DNA of 53,224 nt from Nemertoderma westbladi. Taxonomy: Eukaryota > Animalia > Xenacoelomorpha. This document shows, piece after piece, positions 1 to 11,929 of this stretch. How positions within the stretch are numbered: position 1 is the stretch's first letter; each line of letters starts with the position of its first letter. The notes below the pieces were generated by a model that saw only the letters and a program-made list of their open reading frames with translations, was not told the origin of the DNA and did no database searches. Location: the NCBI GenBank assembly GCA_032718475.1, contig JAUCBJ010000638.1:1-53224 (forward strand), given 5' to 3'. The position numbers and the translations under genes are program-made.

Positions 1-1040
1 GTACATATTGCGAATGTTTATGCTTACATTACTTGCACTTCCTTATTTATATATTATTATTATATTCTGTCAATAAAATTACTACTACTACAACTACTAT
101 ATTTATTTATACTGTACAGTATTAGTTAGTACGAAATTTTGCAAAACCGAAAAACGGGGGTGTTCACTTTAGAAATTTTTTAGATCTTCGCTCAATAATT
201 ACAATTTCCATGGTATAAGGGTTTTCGAGGTCGCTGATCGTGATAAAACTTGTTAAACATATTTCCTGCCATAATTTTTGGTGCTATGTTGTTCCCCAGG
301 ACGAAAAGTTCAAGTAAAAAAAAAATGTTTGACATCAAGAAAAAAGATTATCGGTTTTCCCAACAAACCTCACTCAAAGATACAGATAAATAACAAAAAA
401 TTTATAAAATGACCCCCACCCCCGGGCCAATACAACTCATAGTACTGGAATTAAATATTAATTTTCCTTGGTAAAAGTGTTTTGGAAAGATAATTAACCA
501 TTTTAACGGCGATTAACCAAATTGTCATTGGAAAGATAATTAAATAATCCACATGGGCCAGTTATTAATTGGTTATAAATTCCACTAAGAACCAACAAAC
601 AACGTGATTTATAAATATTAATAGGCGTTTATGATTAATGAAACGCATTGCACTAACATTCGTTTAGAATTAACAGGTTGCCAAGTAACTACCAATTCTA
701 TTGTCATTAACACATATAAAATAGAGGAAAGCTTCTGGAACATTTGGTTTCCCAGAGATACCAAGAGATAACGACATGATTCCTATATAAGTTTCTGAAT
801 TACATATTTTACGCTTTCTGAATTACATTTTGAATAGGTGTAGAGAGCAGCTTAACAACTTTAAACAAATTAATAATGGATATTGAGTTCCGTTTTAGAG
901 TTGACCTTGCAGACACTAAAGTAGCATTAACTTTTGGGCAATAACTTTTAATTAAAAATTATATTATTAAAAATAACTAGGAACAAACGGTGATAATTTG
1001 GCCCTTTGATGATAACCTGCTGTGTTTGTTGTTTTTACAG

Positions 1041-1120
1041 GATTCAGACCGCCATCCAGTAGTCACCTAGCAACAGGGACGCCGCAATTTCTTCCTCCAC
1101 CACCGCCGCCGCCTTCTTAG
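1041..1120 (+). CDS. Possible terminal coding exon of an upstream gene (proline-rich C-terminus)
   Basis: Pyrimidine tract plus TTTTTACAG acceptor ending at 1040, then a GC-rich island reading xFRPPSSSHLATGTPQFLPPPPPPPS-stop (TAG 1118-1120). No upstream exon identified. Confidence 0.3.
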
Positions 1121-1210
1121 AACTTGTTACCATAGCGACCAGTTGATACATTTCGTGGGTAGTGGAATAATATTGAGTGTATAGACTATACGATATGCTA
1201 TGTAATAAGG

Positions 1211-1390
1211 GGAGCCCCTAAAGGGGCATGTAATAAAATTATTTTTGCTAACTCGTGCGAACGACGTACAACTAGTGCGAACAACTTATTAAGTCGTGTG
1301 AGAAGATTTCTTTCACACGAGTTAGTAAGTCGTTCTCACAGAAGTTCGCAAACAAATTGATAATTCTTTCACGTCCCTTTAGGCATTCCT
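1211..1390. mobile_element. Short MITE-like element
   Basis: Imperfect terminal inverted repeats (CCCCTAAAGGGGCATG ... CACGTCCCTTTAGGC) around short CTCGTGCGAAC-type internal repeats. Confidence 0.4.
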
Positions 1391-1404
1391 TACTAAACAA
1401 TAGT

Positions 1405-2222
1405 GGGTCGATTACGCAAAAAGTGGCCAAATTTGTGTCGCTAAAAGCTTATTTCATGATCTACAATCCAGTACTAGTCGTTATGCGGGTACACTTCTTT
1501 ATAGTTTTGTTTTTTGAGGAATGAAATAATGCTACATGTTCGTTTTTATAAATTTTTTAGGTGTTGTAACGCTCGTATTTGAAACATAACTTTTTATTGT
1601 GAAATGTGTTTGTTTCAAGGTAAGTATTTTCCGAAAGATAATTTTATTGGCTATCCATACATATACGAATGAACGCTAATCGATAAAGTCCAGCAGAAAT
1701 TATGCCCAAAAGTTTGCCAAGTAGTTTTTTAACGTCATTGGAAATGTCCATCTTGTAACTCCCTTATTTTTGCTCTAAATTTTCTTCCACAAATCGGATT
1801 CACTTAATGTAAAGTTTATTTATACCGCTTCTGAAAGCGCTATATCTAATGATATACAAGGTCAAGCGTTCACGTTAACCTAATGACATTGCTAAGCATG
1901 TCCACAGTTGTCCTGCATATAACGCATTGTAACGCTGTCTCACTTGTAAAGCATGCACAGAAAGATGTAACGCAAATAAACTCGTTACTGATGAGACATA
2001 ACGCATGTTTAAACAAGGAAATTTATGAGACAAAGCGTTACCGACGAGACATACGTTTTTCGTCCATAACTTTTTTACTATTGATAGAAAAAATGAACCA
2101 CTATGAAATTCGAAATTAGCACGCTAAGGGCTTTTAAAATATGTATGGTTTGATAGGGTTTGAGAAAATTTTTTTTTTAATTTTTTAACGTGGAATTTGA
2201 CCATTTTTTGCGTCTTCGACCC
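1405..2222. mobile_element. Non-autonomous TIR DNA transposon
   Basis: ~29-bp imperfect TIRs: GGGTCGATTACGCAAAAAGTGGCCAAATT at 1405 and AATTTGACCATTTTTTGCGTCTTCGACCC ending 2222; no transposase ORF. Confidence 0.6.
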
Positions 2223-2647
2223 GGTCTGTATATTGAATGACTTACAGCTGTCGGCTTCTTTATCATTCTGGGCTGACTGTATTATTTATTCGTTTAAAAC
2301 CATTCACTAGTTGCAATAATATAAACCGTCGATATATTAATTATCTGATAATTTGTCTGGGGAAATGATTCTATGTGGTTGGATATTTTAAATGAATTAC
2401 CGTCTCCGACTTTATATCAATTTTTTTTCATTTATTTTCCGACTCGAGTATTTTAGTTCGGTGGGCCTGGGTGGTATAGGTCTACATAAATTTAAACCGT
2501 CTTTGACATGGGGTGGTGTGCAGTGCAGCATATATCAGTATATTATGTGGCAAACAGTTTTACATTGAGTGGACTTTATGGACCAACACATTGAGACTCA
2601 GTAACACTGAACCCTGGTAGAAAGAAACATCAAATAGACTGAATCAG

Positions 2648-3439
2648 TTAATTTTTAGTTTCTTGTTTAATTGTTGGTGAATAATATCCCGAAACAATTA
2701 GCGTCGCTAGAATGGGTCCCAACCAAAACACAACGATGTGACCCAATAACTCGTCGTTAACGCAACCAAAGTTCTGGGACGAGGCGATAATTGGGTTCAT
2801 GAACGCTCCTGTTCTCAGTAGCCCTATATATACGAGCGTCATTAGATTAGCTACATTAGCAATGGAGATAGCGGATTTATTAAACAAGTTACTCCGTATC
2901 AGCCAATAGTTAACCCCGAGAAAACAGAGAGTCGAGAGAAATTCCACTAAAAAACCGTGTAAAGTTGCAACTTCTATGGAAGACTGACAGTCAAACGATT
3001 GATATCGAATCACATGAGCTGTAGACACCCCAATAGACCAAAACATACGCGCGTACAACCAGCTAACCTTCAATCCCGCCAATTGGCTAATTAATTCACC
3101 CGCGCAAGATTGTAAACTCTTCCTTCGCAAAATATATTCAACAATGACGGATGAAGGGTCACCAGTTCCATTCCTTAGAATATTAGGATAACTGAATCCT
3201 AAAACAAAACAGTTTATCATGACACCAATCATACCGTAGGACTGATAGATGACACCACCTTCGAACATAATAGCGCAAACTTGGAAACTGGTTACAAATT
3301 GATGAGCCAGTAGTTTCAAGGTTTCGTTGTTTTTCAGCGCGTTGTCGATAAATCTACGATAAATGTCGCAGAACCCGCAGGTTAGCAGATAGTAGGCGAG
3401 AGTTCCCGCAATCGTCGTTTCAAAGTTCCATAACGCCAT
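2648..3439 (-). CDS. AQP12: Unorthodox aquaporin (AQP11/AQP12-like superaquaporin), single coding exon
   Basis: 263 aa with about six hydrophobic helices; GAFMNPIIASSQNFGC second NPA box with the superaquaporin Cys nine residues downstream; VFWLGPILA MIP motif; degenerate first box GTGDPS. AQP11 versus AQP12 orthology cannot be resolved by eye. Confidence 0.88.
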   Translation of the reverse strand: MALWNFETTIAGTLAYYLLTCGFCDIYRRFIDNALKNNETLKLLAHQFVTSFQVCAIMFEGGVIYQSYGMIGVMINCFVLGFSYPNILRNGTGDPSSVIVEYILRRKSLQSCAGELISQLAGLKVSWLYARMFWSIGVSTAHVIRYQSFDCQSSIEVATLHGFLVEFLSTLCFLGVNYWLIRSNLFNKSAISIANVANLMTLVYIGLLRTGAFMNPIIASSQNFGCVNDELLGHIVVFWLGPILATLIVSGYYSPTIKQETKN

Positions 3440-3928
3440 TCTGGGAGTAATAATTCAAAGCACCTTTTATAAATTAATAAACAGATAAAGACTTTAAAAT
3501 ATTGACGATAACTTTCTGTAAAGTGGAATTTATCTTTAGTCTTTAACACATATAATCTGATAATAGGTCAGCAAAATAATATAAATATTTTAAGAAATAA
3601 GTCTGAAATTTATCAACTTGGTGATTTTTTAAATTGTAACTAGGACAATTTCCACCCGGACAATTGCCCCCCAAACGATTGTCTCCGAGGACAATTGCCC
3701 CCCAGACAATTGGCCCCCGATATTTTATTTAATGAATTAAAATTTTGAATTCCTTTGAATGTTTTCCTGTGGTTTTATGAAATTCAAGTAATAATATTAA
3801 CCTTGATCAACAAACTTTCAATTTTTATGCATTTTTAAAATATGCATGATTTTTTTTCTAGAATAATTTGATTGTCTTTACGCTAATGTCTTTTAGCTTT
3901 TTTATGATGTAATTTAATGGCTGGAGTC

Positions 3929-3968
3929 AAGGCCATCGTAATACAATTAATTGTATTACGATGGCCTT
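3929..3968. repeat. Perfect 40-bp palindrome
   Basis: AAGGCCATCGTAATACAATT followed directly by its reverse complement AATTGTATTACGATGGCCTT. Confidence 0.95.
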
Positions 3969-5354
3969 CCTTTAGTGCGTTAACATTTTATTTTTATTGT
4001 AATGAAATACTCCAGTTGGAAACAATCGAAATTATTGAGCACATAAATAAGCAAACATGGATGTTTTATTAAATATAAAACGAACTTATAGCTATATAAA
4101 ATTATTGTTTAATGTTGTAACAAGTTAGGAAGACTAAATTGCTAGGTGGGATAAATATTTCTCCATTTGACGCAACACCGCCGCGGCCGCTATGAGGGAG
4201 GTGAATACCGCGGCCGCTCCTAAAGCCGCAGGCCATCGCTAACTATATAGGTTAACTTGGGATTCTGGGGGACTTTTCGATGAAGGAACTGACCAAATTT
4301 TTTTATTTTCTCACCAGGGGAGCGGCTCGGAATTCTAAGATATTAGCAACTCTAACATTGTTAAATCTAACCCTTCGACGGACACGGCGGACAAAAAACC
4401 GTCATTTTTTCGACAATTTTAAAATTTTTTTGAAAGGCGCTCTACAGTGGCTCGAAAAAACCCTAGGTTATTGCTTAGCCGACGCCGGGATACGATAGAA
4501 GGGATTAATTAGTGAATTCGTTTTTTTTTTCAAAAAAGATTACCACGCCTTTTTTCCGAAAATGTCCGTCAAAGTTGAAAAAACGGACAAAATGACTTTG
4601 CGGGATCCGCTATAACTCGGCTAATATTAATCGTACGGGGACGAAAGTAACGCGGTTGGAAAGGGGAAGAGTGGTACTACCTTCGTATCGAATGGGGGTA
4701 AGATATTTATTAAAATTTCAGGTGGAAAAAAGGGCTGTAAATTTGTACGTTTTTGTCCGTCTTTTTTGGAAAACTTATTTCCGAAATGTTTAATTATTCG
4801 ACAACAACGCGGGTAGGAATCCACGAATTATTTTATGAAACTCGTAGAAGACCATTGGGGCTACGTTCCTATCGAATGGGGGTACAAAAAATATGTCGGC
4901 AATAGGGGCCAAAAAGGGCCAGAATTTGTAAAGTAGTTTTTATCGAATAATTTTTTATTTTTAACTTTAGTTGGTTAAGGTACATTCTATACAGTCAATA
5001 TCCATACGGGGAATTCAAATATGCTATCGGTTTTGCTCCAAGGATGATATTAAAAAAATGAGGGCCAAAATTATAATTTCGCGCTTCAAACTTGCTTCGC
5101 GGGAAATCGTCTAGCTCAAAAACTACTTAACTTACGGGAGATTTGTTTACACAGACTTATAGTGCGTTAAATTATCTATCTAACAGCGTTAATCACAGCG
5201 CCGGAGGTATTATAAAACTGTAGCGGCAGGCGATCGTGTGAAATATAATATTTATAAAAAGGGACGAAAATTTTTTTTTTTTTAACAAATCGCTATTCCA
5301 TTATAATTTAGCGTATTGCGCCAAAAGTACCTGTAAAAAGTATCAAATTAACTC

Positions 5355-6608
5355 TGTAAAAGCTTCTGTGGGATATAACTGGCCCTTTTGCTTCGCAATC
5401 CAGTTTCCCCCCAGGCGCTGGAATACTCTAAAAGGCTCTCTAACTATATATATATTCCCCTCGCCCGCAAGGTACCGTTATAGGTGTTTTAACGGACATA
5501 AAAGTCATTCTTCTATATACGTGTTTTGGCGGACATGGTAAGGCAAAAAACCCGCAATGCACCAAATACCTTTACACAGCTTAGCCTTGATAATTCAGAT
5601 TATGACATCTAACAGCTGGTTGCTGACATGGAAACGGCCATTGGACACACGGTTCTTTGTTTAGCTTAAGCCAATCAGAGCGATTTTTTCTGTCGATGTG
5701 GAGATATTCGGCCGATCATACTAGGAGTGTTCAGTCTTACTGTTTTTTGTGATACTCTTGTGTTGTTGCTATCTAGGCCAGGAACACCGGCTCTAGAGTC
5801 AATTCGTTTTCATACTTTAGAAGAAACATTAGTAGGCTTAAATTATAGAGCGTATAACTGTTATCAGTGCATAACAATCAACTTATCTCAATTCAGTCTT
5901 ACATTATCGGTTCAACATACATTATTATACTGCTGTTTACTGTTGTGTTTTGGTTGAATATTATTTGGAGAACATATATAAAGAACCCAAATTTCCCAAT
6001 TTTCTTGATACACTACAGGTTAGAGAGACGGGTTATATATAGCGATTGCGACTTATATTATTGTGGTTTGTAGTGAATTTAATGCTATTTGATAAGCACT
6101 ACATGAGTCCGTTGCTGTTCTCTTTATATATGATAAAATTCATTGACGGTCGGCAAATTAGTGAGCAGTATTGTGTGTTACCGGTAGTGTGCATGATTGT
6201 GGCTGATAACTAAGCATTTCCTAAAGAATGCGCCTCATACGTGAATCATAAGCCTTACCGACTTACCGTTGTGATTAGTACAAGTCATATCTCTGTTTAC
6301 CTAGATAGAGCGCCACGTCCTAAAGGAACTGTTAATATTTCCCGAAAGTGAATAATATTAGTCAGAAATTATTTATTAACGATCAATCGAATAATACAGT
6401 AAGCTTACACTGCAATAATAATCTAAGCCCTCAGAATCCAGTCTCCCGGGTATATCCAGCGGGTGAATGGACGCGCACTAGGCTGGCTTCTGCTAATGTT
6501 GTGTTTATTGGTATTAAATATTTGTCAATTTCTAAAGTCTATTTATAAACCAAAAGACATATAAATTTTGGCAGGTTAAACTGCTAAAGGTCTTCAAAAG
6601 CGCGTACA
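5355..6608 (+). repeat. 5' LTR of BEL/Pao element
   Basis: TGTAAAAGCTTC...GCGCGTACA; nearly identical to 15979-17232 (four substitutions spotted by eye). Confidence 0.95.
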
Positions 6609-6889
6609 ATAACAGTTATTGTCTTTATTGCAGTAAGCAATAAAGTTGAAAGTACCGGTCGACCGGTAAACCTGAACCGGTACTTCTGTAGGTCAGTAGG
6701 CCCAACTGTCCTAACCGGTACTTCCAGTATAAGTACATTAGTATTGTTCGATTTTGATTATTGTATACCGGTAGGTCTCGATATTAAATCGGGGACGCCT
6801 GGTTTTTATTGGGATTTTACTTAGGTCTATTTCTGTCAGTTTTATTTCCAAGTAAGTTAATATTGAGCTGAAGACGTGTAAGTCTGCTC

Positions 6890-7465
6890 AGATTGTTCAG
6901 ATAACTGTAGGCCGGACTGTTGTCGGATTGTTGTTGGGTTTGGAGAGATTACGGCGTGTGTAGAGTTTGTCCGATAGAGTGCCAGTTAGTAAGTTGGGGC
7001 AGCCATAGCTGTAAGGTCAATCCCCTCTTAAAGAATAAGTCGTACTACCGTGTTAGAACGCATACTAACTAACCATTTTGGAATCTGCACATACTGTAGT
7101 TTATTTAGGCTTGACAGTATTCTGCCAGCGTTTTGGCATGTGTTTGTTTGTGTGGTCTGTTCAGGTACCGTAATAGTTATTACTCAGATATTTTGTAGGC
7201 TGGATTGTTGTCTAGGTATTATTAGGTCTGAAGAGATTGCTGCTTGTGTAGAGTTTGTCTGATAAAGTGCCAGTTAGTAAGTTGGGGCAGCCATAGCTGT
7301 AAGGTCAATCCCCTCTTAAAGAATAAGTCGTACTACCGTGTTAGAACGCATACTAACTAACCATTTTGGAATCTGCACATACTGTAGTTTATTTAGGCTT
7401 GGTGGTAGTCTGCCAGCGTTTGGTTTGGATTTTGTTTGAGTATTCTGTACGGGTAGCGTAATATT
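6890..7465 (+). repeat. ~288-bp tandem duplication in the BEL 5' leader
   Basis: GCCAGTTAGTAAGTTGGGGCAGCC...TTTAGGCTT block at 6981 and again at 7269; flanks more diverged. Confidence 0.85.
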
Positions 7466-8782
7466 TATTATTCAGAGTTTATGCGATTATTCGCAACATT
7501 CCTATCCCTAAGTTTATTCCTACAGTAATTGTGCTTGTTATATATACCGTTATAGTTAAATTAACCCCAGTACTACACGGGCTGCTTGGCGTAGGTAAAG
7601 ACTGGTGATTTTGTGCACCGGTCACTCCAGCAGATGCCGTGGTTCTTTTAGCTGTTCAAGTATTTTTAACTTCTGATTATTTGTTGTACCAGTACTTGTA
7701 CCTAATTTAGGGTTTAGTGTACAGTGCTTTCCGAAGGTAATTAGTGTGTAGGCAGTATATTTGTGTTGTAAAGTGGTTAATAGGCACGTTGGTTCTGGTA
7801 GACCGCGGTAATTAACTTCTAGGTAGGGACACTCCGTGATACATAACGTAGTACCTATAGCGATACGGTTATAGGTCGTCAGGCGGTGGTATTTTCCTAT
7901 CTGGACAACACAGTGTATTTACTACTACTTATTATTTTCAAATACCGTAGTATCCTGTCCGTTTGTAATAACCAGATTTCTAACCCTTTGTTAGGCTGGT
8001 TTGTAGACTTCTTGTAAAATTACCCTAAAATTTCGTACGTAATATTTTGTTGTGTTTAATTAGAGATTTAATCTCACCCGTATCGTAAGTAATTTGTAGA
8101 TAAGTAACTTAGGAAGTAGAATTATCTGTTTTAGTGTCTAATAAGTAGCACTCCACTGAGAGCGCACAGCTTCTGTGTAGTGACTCCCCCCAGAAATAGT
8201 AACATCTATTTCAATATTGTAACAAAACCCCTCATAAGGGTACATATAAATCCACTAAATCTATTAATAAAATAGTAGGCCTGTTATACAACACTTAGGT
8301 CTTAATATCAGTTGGACTGCTGCTCAAATAACGGTAATAAAGTAAGTAAAGTAACCAAGTAACCCCTAACATTCAGAAATTCAATTATTTTAAAATAATT
8401 GACATACCGGTATTTACAATAGGCTTATTATATTTATTCTATAAATTTAGGCTGAAATCATACCGGTACTCTGTAATTAATTCTAGTCCAGAATTATACT
8501 TATATACTATAAGTGTAAGCTGCATACCGGTATTCACGATAGGCCTATTATATATTTATATATATTTGTGCCAAAATTATATACCTGTATTCTGTGACAA
8601 ATCTAGTCTGTAATAATACTTATGTATCTACTATAAGCATACCGGTATTCTAATATATTATATATATCACGCTACACTGAGTAGCAGTATCGGTAATTAA
8701 TTGTGAGGCTAACAGTGATACTGAATTACTAGACTTGCTTTAACTGTAATATAGCAGTAGGCATTCAACTGTACAATCAAAC

Positions 8783-11700
8783 ATGGCTGACACAAGGCAA
8801 ACTCTGTCAGATAGTCTCCTAGAAACAACAGCCTGTTTCTCAGATCAAAGTGTAGAGAATCCCAGACCGAGGTCTGAAACCCCTCATACTGTAAGAAGGG
8901 AAACCCCTGCAGTGGTTGTGACAGAACCTGGGTTGGTAGAAAAGATTTCGCAATTTGCGAAGTTAGTGAAGCGCCGTTGGTCTGCCATAGGTACTCGGGC
9001 CCAAGTCAAGCGGGATCAAGAAGAAGCTATAAAACAGCAGCAACCTCCTAGCCAAGAACCTAGTTCTCAGCGGCCCGATAGCTCCAGTAGTTCGGATACT
9101 GTTGAGCGGACGCCCGAACGCGGAGCGAAGATGGCGGATACGGTTTATGATGAGCGGCCAACCTATGAAGAATCAACCGACGCCACTTCTTCTCAAGTGG
9201 AAAGCGAGGTGGAAAGCGAAGTGGAAAGCGAATTAACAGCAGCAGAGAAGCCGCGAACTAGAGACGCCATTGACATCTCTCTGTCAGACTATCAGCGATT
9301 CATAGGAGACGAAGAGTTGAGGAGACGACTGTCTGGACTTCGCCCTAATAGTGAAGGAACCAAGCTTGTGTTGGACGCAATCGATGCGGAAATGTTAGCT
9401 GCAAACCAAGCCAAATTTGATGAAAAACTCCGCCTCGCTAGAGTCCAAGAAGAACAAGTAAAGAAAAAACGGATAGAGGACAGAAAGGCAGTAGCAGCGG
9501 CGAAAGCGGCAGCGGCAGTGGAAGCGGCAAAGGCAGTAGCATCGGCGAAAGCGGCAGAGGCAGTAGCAGAAGCAAAAGCGGCAGCGGCAGTGGAAGCAGC
9601 CAAAGCAGCAGCAGCAATGGCATTGGCAGACGCAGAACAGAGAGCGTCTGAAGAGACCACACAACTGGAGTTGGAAAATCTTCAAGAGACGCAAGACTGC
9701 ATAAATAAACAGTTAACTGCTAGTCAAATGCAGATGAGGAGTCGATCTACTCCCAAGCGCCAAGGATACACATCATCGGAGGAAGGCGAGACCACCGATC
9801 CTGAAGGCGGAGGAAATAGATCTCGTCTAAGCAGGCGTAGAAAAACATCTCACCGTCACAAATTGCCTGATTTGCCCCCAGCGGTTAGAAGACAACTAGC
9901 TAGCACAGACTTAGGTAGTACAGAACCCACAGAACAAATTATTCAGGTCAAAGGACTCCCTACAATAGTTGATGAGCCTGAAATAATTGGGCCTGTCGTT
10001 CCCAAAGCCACTCCTGTGCTAGAGACCCCTGTACTTCCAGAGCTTAACTCTAAATTCCCTTTACACAGTACTACACTGCCTGTACCCGGTAGAACAGTCC
10101 ATGAGAATATCCCTGTCCTGGAAGCTGAGAGAGAAATCAAAGATTTGTCTCCCATCGTCCCACGTCAGCCCGCTACAATGTTGGCGACTCCCGCTTCGGC
10201 GGTCGAGTGGGTAGAGGAGGGACGGCGGGGGATGAATCTCCTGCTCGGACAGATGCAGGAGACTGTCTACCAACTTAAGGGAACAGTAAGGGAAGGTAGG
10301 GCCGAATTGCAAGAAGTGCAGCAAAGTATCGCGCTAGAACGCGACAAATTAGTCAACATACAAAAAGGTATACCCATACCCCCTGTAACATTGTGTCAGC
10401 CTGTTAGGTCTGAAGTATTACATGCGCAAGGTGTGGAGCCTACACGCATCTATACTGCTAGTGAAGTAGAAACTCCTATAGCAAACCCTGTTAAGGGTGA
10501 TTATAGACCTGTTGTTAATGATATTCCCTATAGACCTGATAATGATCCGAGAAATTTATATACCGATAATTCGATATTAAATAACACGATGGCCCAAGAA
10601 AGCTTTACGCGTCAGATGGCTAGAACAGAAGCCCGCCAAGCGGTCAAAGTGGGAGAGATCGTCAAATTCAATGGAGATGAGATGAAATGGTTACCTTTCA
10701 ACGAATATTACAAAGACAGCATACAGAACTCTGTGCTATCTAACGGAGAGAAACTTAGGTTCCTCATCAAGTGCTTGGAAGGACCTCCCAAGTTAATGGC
10801 TTTAAAGCTTATTGGACATCCAGAAGGATTAAGACAAGTTTGGGATACATTAAACATCAGGTATGGTAACAAGGATAACATAGCTAAGTATTTGTATGCA
10901 AAATTAGTAGCCCCCCGAAACTTCCTTAGTAGCGGGATTATAGAGTTTTCCGATGAGATTCAGGAGATCTGTAGACAATTGGACTGGTTAGGTAAGTCTC
11001 ATGAATATCAGAGTTCCATGGTTATTGGAGCCGTAGTCTCTACTTTACCCAAGGGTGGAGTATGTACACGCTGGGACAAGAAAGTGTTGTATATGAATGA
11101 GCAGCAACGACGAAGCCCTACCATGGCTGATCTCATGTCCTTCTTAGATAGTGAAGTAAAATTACAACTCATAAAGCAGTCCAGAGAGAAAACATCGGAA
11201 AATAAGGTAAGTGAGAAACCCGTTTCTAGGAGAAGGATAATACCAGTGTATTATACTGACGACGGCGAAAGCCAAGCCTCTCAAGAAGAGGACAGCGGGA
11301 AAGACACAGCAAAATCTTACTATGACAACAAGACCTATAAAGACGTAAGTAAATACAAGTCTCGAACCAGTGACAGGAGAGAACAGGTAACAACAACCCC
11401 TCCTACGTCTCCTAAGAGAATTTACGGAAGAAAGCCCGAAGAAAGAACGAGAGTGCATAACGTTACCCAAGGTAAGGTGAGTAACATCAAACCAAAATGT
11501 GCGCTGTGCGACGGGCCCCACCGTTTGAGTGCGTGTGCTGAATTTCTAAAGAAATCCCTTGTAGACAGACGTACAGTCCTGTGGAATAAGCGGTTATGCT
11601 ATAATTGCCTCAGACCAGGACACCAACGGCGAACCTGTTACTCCGACATAAAGTGTGCAAAGTGTGACGCGAAACATCACATCTTGTTACACAGTGAGTT

Positions 11701-11929
11701 CGAACGAGACAAACAGAGTCAGGTAAGTGAGCCCGAACTACATGTCCAATTCAGTGATGTAAATGACACTGATCAGGAGTCTGAGATGGAAGGATTCTAT
11801 ACTGACGAATTCTCCGACGCCAACGAATCCTGTTACCTAATCAATACCGCGGTGTATCGAGCACTTACTTATGAAAAGGACACCGAAAATGAGTTCCCCC
11901 CAACTACCTTTGACAGACAACCAAACTAG
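8783..11929 (+). CDS. gag: BEL/Pao Gag with ~600-aa N-terminal extension
   Basis: Capsid-like DUF1759-type segment KFNGDEMKWLPF...EKLRFLIKCLEG; three knuckles CALCDGPHRLSAC, CYNCLRPGHQRRTC, CAKCDAKHHILLH; Ala/Lys/Glu coiled-coil repeats in the N-terminal part. Confidence 0.93.
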   Translation: MADTRQTLSDSLLETTACFSDQSVENPRPRSETPHTVRRETPAVVVTEPGLVEKISQFAKLVKRRWSAIGTRAQVKRDQEEAIKQQQPPSQEPSSQRPDSSSSSDTVERTPERGAKMADTVYDERPTYEESTDATSSQVESEVESEVESELTAAEKPRTRDAIDISLSDYQRFIGDEELRRRLSGLRPNSEGTKLVLDAIDAEMLAANQAKFDEKLRLARVQEEQVKKKRIEDRKAVAAAKAAAAVEAAKAVASAKAAEAVAEAKAAAAVEAAKAAAAMALADAEQRASEETTQLELENLQETQDCINKQLTASQMQMRSRSTPKRQGYTSSEEGETTDPEGGGNRSRLSRRRKTSHRHKLPDLPPAVRRQLASTDLGSTEPTEQIIQVKGLPTIVDEPEIIGPVVPKATPVLETPVLPELNSKFPLHSTTLPVPGRTVHENIPVLEAEREIKDLSPIVPRQPATMLATPASAVEWVEEGRRGMNLLLGQMQETVYQLKGTVREGRAELQEVQQSIALERDKLVNIQKGIPIPPVTLCQPVRSEVLHAQGVEPTRIYTASEVETPIANPVKGDYRPVVNDIPYRPDNDPRNLYTDNSILNNTMAQESFTRQMARTEARQAVKVGEIVKFNGDEMKWLPFNEYYKDSIQNSVLSNGEKLRFLIKCLEGPPKLMALKLIGHPEGLRQVWDTLNIRYGNKDNIAKYLYAKLVAPRNFLSSGIIEFSDEIQEICRQLDWLGKSHEYQSSMVIGAVVSTLPKGGVCTRWDKKVLYMNEQQRRSPTMADLMSFLDSEVKLQLIKQSREKTSENKVSEKPVSRRRIIPVYYTDDGESQASQEEDSGKDTAKSYYDNKTYKDVSKYKSRTSDRREQVTTTPPTSPKRIYGRKPEERTRVHNVTQGKVSNIKPKCALCDGPHRLSACAEFLKKSLVDRRTVLWNKRLCYNCLRPGHQRRTCYSDIKCAKCDAKHHILLHSEFERDKQSQVSEPELHVQFSDVNDTDQESEMEGFYTDEFSDANESCYLINTAVYRALTYEKDTENEFPPTTFDRQPN

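Noticed and set aside
5727-6548. Short ORFs duplicated at 16351-17172
   Set aside because: Inside the LTRs, non-ATG starts, no recognisable motifs; duplication reflects LTR identity.
9292-10324. Antisense Ala-, Cys- and Leu/Pro-rich ORFs
   Set aside because: Shadows of the repetitive gag coding strand.
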